Assembly: GCA_900234795.1 (NCBI GenBank)
Contig: LT962688.1
Coordinates: 5,220,001-5,252,000, forward strand
DNA from: Methylorubrum extorquens
GTDB lineage: Bacteria > Pseudomonadota > Alphaproteobacteria > Rhizobiales > Beijerinckiaceae
Direction of reading: 5' to 3'
Length of the DNA: 32,000 bases
Shown here: piece after piece, positions 25,026 through 32,000 of the stretch
How the letters are laid out: each line of letters begins with the position of its first letter
Numbering within the stretch: the first letter of the stretch is position 1
Notes under the pieces: generated by a model
Seen by the model: the letters and a program-made list of their open reading frames with translations, nothing else
Told to the model about the DNA's origin: nothing
Databases searched by the model: none
Position numbers and translations under genes: made by a program

Positions 25026-26291
25026 ATGGGCTCATGCAGGACAGGACCGATGCCGCAGACGGGCGATTGCCAAACCCCAAACCGGATGAACTCAGGCTTG
25101 GAACGGGTCACGACACTGATCCTGGCCGTGGCCGCCGGCCTCAGCGTCGCGAACGTCTACTACGCCCAGCCCCTCCTCGACGCGATGGCGCGCGATTTCA
25201 GGATCTCACCCGGTGCCATCGGTCTTGTGGTGACGCTGACCCAGGTCGGCTACGGGCTGGGCCTGATCCTGATCGTGCCGCTCGGCGACCGCGTCGATCG
25301 CCGCCGTCTCGTGCTCATACAGGGCGCGCTATCGGTCATTGCGCTGCTCGCTGTGGCCACGGCCGAGATGGAGGCCATGCTCTTTGCCGGTATGGCGGCG
25401 GTGGGCCTGCTGGCGGTCGTGGTCCAGGTGCTGGTGGCTTTCGCCGCGACGCTGGCGCGGCCGGCCGAGCAGGGCCGGGCGATCGGGACGGTGACGAGCG
25501 GCATCGTCGCCGGCATCCTCGCCGCCCGCTTCGTGGCAGGGACGGTGGCGGACCTCGGCGGCTGGCGGGCCGTCTACCTGACCTCCGCCGGGCTGACGCT
25601 CATGATGCTCGGTCTCCTCGCCCTTACCCTGCCGCGTCATCCGGCTCCCGACCGCGCGGGCAGCTATGCCGCCGCGCTCCGCTCCATTCCCACCCTGTTC
25701 CTGCAGGACCCGATCCTGCTCGTGCGGGGCATCCTAGCGCTCCTCGTTTTCGCGGCCTTCAGCGCCTTCTGGACGGCGATGGTGCTGCCCCTCAGCGCTG
25801 CACCCTTCGCCTACTCCCACACGCAGATTGGCCTGTTCGGCCTCCTCGGTCTGGCGGGCGCGTTCGCCGCGACCGCTGCCGGCCGGCTCGCGGATCGCGG
25901 CCTCGGCCAGTGGACGACGGGCTTGGCCCTGGTCGTCCTGCTGGTCTCATGGGGACCGATCGCGCTGCTGGCGCAGTCGATCCCCCTCCTTCTCGTCGGC
26001 GTCGTCTTGCTCGACCTCGCGGTGCAGGCTGTGCACGTCACCAATCAAAGCATCCTCTTCGCCCGGCACCCCGAGGCCCGCAGCCGTCTCGTGGGCGGCT
26101 ACATGGTGTTCTACGCCGTCGGCAGCGCCATCGGTGCGATCGGCGCGACCACGGCCTACGCTCATGCCGGCTGGCTTGGGGTCTCGGCTTTGGGGGCGGC
26201 GTTCAGCATCATCGCGTTGGGCGTATGGGCCTCGAGCTCCAGCCTGCATCGATCGATCCAGGGCAAGCTCGGCACATCCATGCGTCTGTGA
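25026..26291 (+). CDS. MFS transporter
   Basis: About 12 hydrophobic spans. N-terminal LSVANVYYAQPLLDAMARDF and the loop motif PLGDRVDRRR (MFS motif A-like). Start candidates are 25026, 25050 (best SD, AGGACAGGA) and 25086. Confidence 0.88.
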   Translation: MGSCRTGPMPQTGDCQTPNRMNSGLERVTTLILAVAAGLSVANVYYAQPLLDAMARDFRISPGAIGLVVTLTQVGYGLGLILIVPLGDRVDRRRLVLIQGALSVIALLAVATAEMEAMLFAGMAAVGLLAVVVQVLVAFAATLARPAEQGRAIGTVTSGIVAGILAARFVAGTVADLGGWRAVYLTSAGLTLMMLGLLALTLPRHPAPDRAGSYAAALRSIPTLFLQDPILLVRGILALLVFAAFSAFWTAMVLPLSAAPFAYSHTQIGLFGLLGLAGAFAATAAGRLADRGLGQWTTGLALVVLLVSWGPIALLAQSIPLLLVGVVLLDLAVQAVHVTNQSILFARHPEARSRLVGGYMVFYAVGSAIGAIGATTAYAHAGWLGVSALGAAFSIIALGVWASSSSLHRSIQGKLGTSMRL

Positions 26292-27556
26292 CTATTATCC
26301 CGGCCCGCTTTCCCGGATCGACGATCGTGACCTCCCCTCCGCTTCTCCGCCGGCCCTCTCCCTGGATCGCGCTCGCCTGCGGCGCGGTCATCGTGACCAT
26401 CGCCCTGGGACTCCGCCAGGGGTTCGGCCTGTTCATGCGGCCGGTGGAGTTGGATCTCGGCGTCGGGCGCGAGAGCTTCGGCCTCGCCATGGCCGTGCAG
26501 AACCTGATCTTCGGGCTCGCCCAGCCCTTCATCGGGGCGCTGGCGGACCGGTACGGGCCCGGCCGCGTCGCCGCAGGCGGTGGCCTCCTCTACGCGCTCG
26601 GCCTCGCGCTGGCGGCCTTCGTGTCCTCGGCCATTGGCCTCACCGTCACGCTCGGCTTCCTGCTCGGGCTGGCCATGACCGGCGTCACCTTCGTCCTCGT
26701 GCTCGGCGCGGTCGTGCCGATGATGCCGGCCGGACGCCGAGGCGCGGCCGCGGGCATCGTCACGGCGGGCGGATCCGTCGGGCAGTTCCTGCTCGTGCCG
26801 GCCACCCAGATCGCGGTGGACGGCCTCGGCTGGCGCGGGGCGCTGCTGGCCGGCGCCGGGCTGGCCGCCCTGATGGTGCCGCTCGCCCTCGGCATTGCCC
26901 GGAAGGCTGCCCCCGCCGCGGTGCGGACGGCCGCCTCCGCCGACGCGATCCCGCTCGGCGCCGCCCTGCGGCAGGCGGCCGGCCATCGCGGCTACTGGCT
27001 TCTCAATGCCGGCTTCTTCGTCTGCGGCTTCCACATCGCCTTCGTCTCGACCCACCTGCCGGCCGTGTTGAGCGATGCCGGCCTCGATCCGGGGATCGGC
27101 GCCCGTGCGCTGGCCCTGATCGGCCTGTTCAACATCCTCGGCTCCTACGCCTTCGGCGTCGCCGCGGACCGGCTGCGCAAGAAATACGTGCTGTCGTGGA
27201 TCTACTTCGCCCGCGCGGCGGTGATGGCTTTGTTCGTCGTCCTGCCCTTCACCCCGCTGACCGCGACGCTGTTTGCCTGCGCCATCGGCTTCCTCTGGCT
27301 CGGCACTGTCCCGCTGACGAGCGGCCTCGTCGGGCAGATCTTCGGCGTGCGCTATCTCTCGACCCTGTTCGGCATCGTCTTCATGAGCCATCAGGTCGGC
27401 GCCTTTTTCGGCGCGTGGGGGGCGGGCTTCATCTTCGCCCAGACCGGTTCCTACAATGCGGCCTGGACCCTCTCCATCGGCATCGCGCTCCTGGCCGGTC
27501 TTCTCAACCTGCCGATCCGCGACGTCCCCCTGGCGCAGCGGGCGAGGCCGGCATGA
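26288..27556 (+). CDS. MFS transporter (second, unrelated paralog)
   Basis: This is the real coding part of the 850-aa track ORF. From GTG 26288, which overlaps the upstream stop as GTGA (or from GTG 26327): ...PWIALACGAVIVTIALGLRQGFGLFMRPV...GALADRYGPGRV, followed by 11-12 hydrophobic spans. Confidence 0.85.
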   Translation: MTIIPARFPGSTIVTSPPLLRRPSPWIALACGAVIVTIALGLRQGFGLFMRPVELDLGVGRESFGLAMAVQNLIFGLAQPFIGALADRYGPGRVAAGGGLLYALGLALAAFVSSAIGLTVTLGFLLGLAMTGVTFVLVLGAVVPMMPAGRRGAAAGIVTAGGSVGQFLLVPATQIAVDGLGWRGALLAGAGLAALMVPLALGIARKAAPAAVRTAASADAIPLGAALRQAAGHRGYWLLNAGFFVCGFHIAFVSTHLPAVLSDAGLDPGIGARALALIGLFNILGSYAFGVAADRLRKKYVLSWIYFARAAVMALFVVLPFTPLTATLFACAIGFLWLGTVPLTSGLVGQIFGVRYLSTLFGIVFMSHQVGAFFGAWGAGFIFAQTGSYNAAWTLSIGIALLAGLLNLPIRDVPLAQRARPA

Positions 27557-27678
27557 GCGTTCGGGACGAACTCGTCGTCCTCGCCCTTCTCGGCGCGCTG
27601 ACCCTGGCCGGCGCGCTCCTGTGGGCCCGCGAGGGGGTGGGGCTCTGGCTGCGCGCTGCCATTCCCCTTTGCTTCTGA
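27553..27678 (+). CDS. possible 41-aa hydrophobic micro-protein, translationally coupled to the MFS gene
   Basis: ATGA overlap with the MFS stop. MSVRDELVVLALLGALTLAGALLWAREGVGLWLRAAIPLCF has one predicted TM helix. No family recognised, so it could be a chance ORF. Confidence 0.3.
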   Translation: MSVRDELVVLALLGALTLAGALLWAREGVGLWLRAAIPLCF

Positions 27679-27691
27679 GCCGGCGCCCGTC

Positions 27692-27790
27692 TCAGCGCGC
27701 GATGGCGCGGATGAAGTAGACGAGCGCCGTGAAGGCGAGGAGGCTCAGGCCGTAGAGGGCCGCGAACCAGAAGATGCGGCGGGCGCTCAA
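27692..27790 (-). CDS. 32-aa hydrophobic micro-ORF coupled to cydB (CydX/DUF2474-like accessory peptide)
   Basis: Not in the track. TTG start overlaps the cydB stop as TTGA. Hand translation: (M)SARRIFWFAALYGLSLLAFTALVYFIRAIAR. Its position and single TM helix fit the small peptides encoded after cydB. The family assignment is from memory only. Confidence 0.45.
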   Translation of the reverse strand: MSARRIFWFAALYGLSLLAFTALVYFIRAIAR

Positions 27791-28830
27791 TGGTAGCTCG
27801 CCGCGTTCGGGTTCTCCTCGATCTTCCCCCGGAAGACCCAGTAGGCGTAGGCCGTGTAGGCGAGCGTCAGCGGCATCACCACCGCGTAGCCGACGAGGGC
27901 GAATTGCAGCGCCGAGGTCGCGTTGGCCGCCTGCCAGATCGTGAGCTTGGGCGGCACGATGTAGGGGAACAGGCTGATCGCGAGCCCGAGGAAGCCGAGC
28001 AGGAACAGGGCGATCGAGAGAAGGAACGGCGCGACATCGCGCCCGTCCTCAATCGCCTTCCAGATGCGCCAGCAAACGAAGGCCGTCAGCAACGGCACGG
28101 GCGCCACGAACAGGACGTTCGGCCAGGAGAACCAGCGCCACTGGATATGCAGGCCGAGGAACGGCACCCAGGCGCTGACGACCGCCATCGAGACGACGGT
28201 GCCGATCAGGAACTGCTTGGCCTTGATCCGTGACCAGATTTCCAGCTCGCCCGAGGTCTTCATCACGCACCACGTCGCGCCGAGCAGCCCGTAGCCGCAG
28301 ACGAGTCCGATGCCGGTCATGACGCTGAAGGGCGTGAGCCAGTCGAGTGTCCCGCCGGAGAAGCCCCGTCCTTCGGTCTGAAAGCCCTGGACGAAGGCGC
28401 CGAGCACCATGCCCTGCGCGAAGGTGGCGATCAGCGAGCCGTAGTGGAACGCGTTGTCCCACACCACCTGCGAGCGCTCGGCCTTGAAGCGAAACTCGAA
28501 GGCGACGCCGCGGAAGATCAGCGCAATCAGCATCAGGATGATCGGCAGGTAGAGCGCCGGCAGCAGGATCGCGTAGGCGACCGAGAAGACCGCGAACAGC
28601 CCACCGCCGCCGAGCACGAGCCAGGTCTCGTTGCCGTCCCAGATCGGCGCCACCGAGAGCATCATCCGGTCACGCCAGTTGCCGGGCCGCGCGGCGGTGA
28701 AGAGGATGCCGACGCCGAGGTCGAACCCGTCGATGACGACGTACATCGCTACCGCCAGCGCCAGCAGGCCGGCCCAGACCAGCGGCAGCCAGAAGGCCAA
28801 GCCCTCGTATTCGCTTCCGAAGCCGAACAT
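27787..28830 (-). CDS. cydB: cytochrome bd-type (CIO-like) ubiquinol oxidase subunit II
   Basis: MFGFGSEYEGLAFWLPLVW..., VIDGFDLGVGILF, APIWDGNETWLVLGGG, RGVAFEFRFK, YWVFRGK. ATG 28830 follows GGGAGGGA. The track extension to 28875 is unlikely. Confidence 0.92.
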   Translation of the reverse strand: MFGFGSEYEGLAFWLPLVWAGLLALAVAMYVVIDGFDLGVGILFTAARPGNWRDRMMLSVAPIWDGNETWLVLGGGGLFAVFSVAYAILLPALYLPIILMLIALIFRGVAFEFRFKAERSQVVWDNAFHYGSLIATFAQGMVLGAFVQGFQTEGRGFSGGTLDWLTPFSVMTGIGLVCGYGLLGATWCVMKTSGELEIWSRIKAKQFLIGTVVSMAVVSAWVPFLGLHIQWRWFSWPNVLFVAPVPLLTAFVCWRIWKAIEDGRDVAPFLLSIALFLLGFLGLAISLFPYIVPPKLTIWQAANATSALQFALVGYAVVMPLTLAYTAYAYWVFRGKIEENPNAASYH

Positions 28831-28981
28831 CCTTGTTCCCTCCCGGCTCATGGCACCGGTGCGTGACACGAGCACCGCCCGAGTGACGGTCGCAAAACGC
28901 CCGCTGCGCCACCGTGCTCAGAGAGGAGCGGAGCGGCGGGCAGGCGTTTCGCGAGGCCCTCACATCAGGCCAGAACCGCGC

Positions 28982-29314
28982 TTAGGGCGAAGTTGCTCCC
29001 CGCCAGGGCGGTTGTCGATCGCTGGCGGACAAGGTGTCGGCGGACGGCTGGGTCGGTGCGATCCGTCCGCCGACATGGCGGACGAGGGCGTTCGCCCCGG
29101 CCCGCGCCATGTCCTCGTGCGCCTCGGGCGGCAGGGCGTTCACGGCCTCCACCAGCGCGCCGATGCCGCCCGTGGTCAGGCGATCCATGACATCGCCCGT
29201 TGCGATCCCCGTCCCGGCGGCGTGCGGCCGGGACGGATCGGCGCCACCCTGGCGCTGAAGCGCGAGATAGGAGAGGGCGCCGATCACCAGGGCGGCGCGC
29301 AGAAGAAACGACAT
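28982..29314 (-). CDS. hypothetical small exported/membrane-anchored protein (110 aa)
   Basis: Internal ATG 29314 of the 194-aa track ORF. The upstream part is Arg-rich and implausible. MSFLLRAALVIGALSYLALQRQ looks like a signal or anchor sequence. No family recognised. Confidence 0.5.
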   Translation of the reverse strand: MSFLLRAALVIGALSYLALQRQGGADPSRPHAAGTGIATGDVMDRLTTGGIGALVEAVNALPPEAHEDMARAGANALVRHVGGRIAPTQPSADTLSASDRQPPWRGATSP

Positions 29315-29686
29315 CGTTCCGGTTCCAGAGGGCACTGCATCGCCGGCGCGGCCGACGCAGGTCGATCGCCCGATCCTGCCATCCTCGCGCCACCGCCGGA
29401 TGAACCGGAAGGGGCGAAAGCGCCGACGTGGTGAACGAAGTGTTTTTTCGCGAGCCCGCCCCCTCCCGGACCGCTGTTTACCCTCTGTGGAGCGGCGGTC
29501 CGGCCCCGCCCGGACCTTGTGAAAAGCGGGGATCGGCGCCGCCTCCGGGTCCGGTCGTCGCCGCACTCGGCGGCAAGTGAGCGACCCTTTTCATCCTCGC
29601 TTAAACCGCCTCTGCGACGGTTTGCCTGAGATCGTAACGAGCAGTCGAGGGGCGCAAGACACCCGTGTTCCGGGTCAAGGCTTGCG

Positions 29687-31633
<1,947 letters not shown>

Positions 31634-31676
31634 TCCGACCGAACGAAGCGCCATTCCCACGTAAAGGAGCGAATTG

Positions 31677-32000
31677 ATGCGCGAGCCGCCCGCCAGACGG
31701 GACCAGCGCGAGATCGTCGTCCCCGGTGACATGCGCGTCGCCCGAGGCCCGGCCAAATCCGTGCCGCGCCGCAAGCCGGCCCCGCGCAGGCCTGCCGCGT
31801 CCGGTTGGAAGGCCGCTCTCCTCTCCGCCGCGACGGGGGCCGGGCAGGTCTGCCGGCGCTATCCCGGCGGCGTGTTCGGGACGTTCCTCGGGGTCGGCGC
31901 GGCAGTCTATGTCTGCGTCAACGCCATGGGCCTCCAGGCCGGGCCGCACCCGGCCCCGATCCTGCCGACCGTGGAGCCGAAGCCCGTAGCCGCGCGGCCC
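31677..32000 (+). CDS. hypothetical membrane-anchored protein, partial (continues past the right edge)
   Basis: Not in the track because it has no stop. AAAGGAG lies 7 nt before ATG 31677. MREPPARRDQREIVVPGD...GGVFGTFLGVGAAVYVCVNAMGLQAGPHPAPI. Basic N-terminus plus one TM helix. It resembles N-termini of peptidoglycan-binding proteins in Rhizobiales, but this is a weak recollection. Confidence 0.6.
   Translation, partial: MREPPARRDQREIVVPGDMRVARGPAKSVPRRKPAPRRPAASGWKAALLSAATGAGQVCRRYPGGVFGTFLGVGAAVYVCVNAMGLQAGPHPAPILPTVEPKPVAARP

Noticed and set aside
25004-26287. The N-terminal 428 codons of the 850-aa ORF 25004..27556.
   Set aside because: This part overlaps the first MFS gene in another frame and is Arg/Pro/Gly-rich. 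Only the segment from GTG 26288 onward has transporter-like hydrophobic spans.
28831-29686. A search for a cydA remnant or pseudogene upstream of cydB.
   Set aside because: All three minus-strand frames give only short or Arg-rich translations, apart from the 110-aa exported protein, and nothing is CydA-like. A highly decayed fragment cannot be excluded without tblastn.

Overview
The window reads as a high-G+C alphaproteobacterial chromosome segment. Coding lines I counted by hand are about 70% G+C. Codon bias and gene content look Rhizobiales/Methylobacterium-like, but that is inference only, since no search was possible. I can support about 29 protein genes, one tRNA-Leu(CAA), several hairpin terminators, and a set of short direct or inverted repeats in intergenic DNA.

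Gene order, left to right:
- partial DedA-family membrane protein
- FAD monooxygenase
- tRNA-Leu
- AraC regulator divergent from an aldo/keto reductase
- class-I glutamine amidotransferase
- a lower-G+C islet carrying a Cys-less ArsR-type regulator divergent from an atypical membrane desaturase
- APC (ethanolamine-type) permease
- three consecutive coiled-coil genes: one long rod protein plus two small paralogs
- GT21 (ceramide-glucosyltransferase/Pgt-like) glycosyltransferase divergent from an HDAC-family deacetylase plus DUF1810
- an AT-rich gap followed by an ATP-grasp ligase and a CelD/FemAB-like GNAT protein
- TrmO
- AMP nucleosidase
- a methyl-accepting chemotaxis protein
- a class A PBP with an odd C-terminal domain
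- HxlR regulator with two MFS transporters
- cydB with a trailing micro-ORF but no cydA
- a small exported protein
- a PAS histidine kinase
- a partial membrane-anchored protein

I saw no CRISPR array, rRNA, transposase, integrase or phage gene, and no known defence system.

Most worth a second look:
- the coiled-coil three-gene module, with related tandem motifs in both of its upstream regions
- the orphan cydB
- the ATP-grasp/CelD-like pair behind a 42% G+C spacer
- the ArsR/desaturase islet
- the degenerate nuclease-like tail on the PBP

None of these can be called a new system from sequence alone. Many long ORFs in the track are antisense or off-frame shadows typical of high-GC DNA and were rejected.
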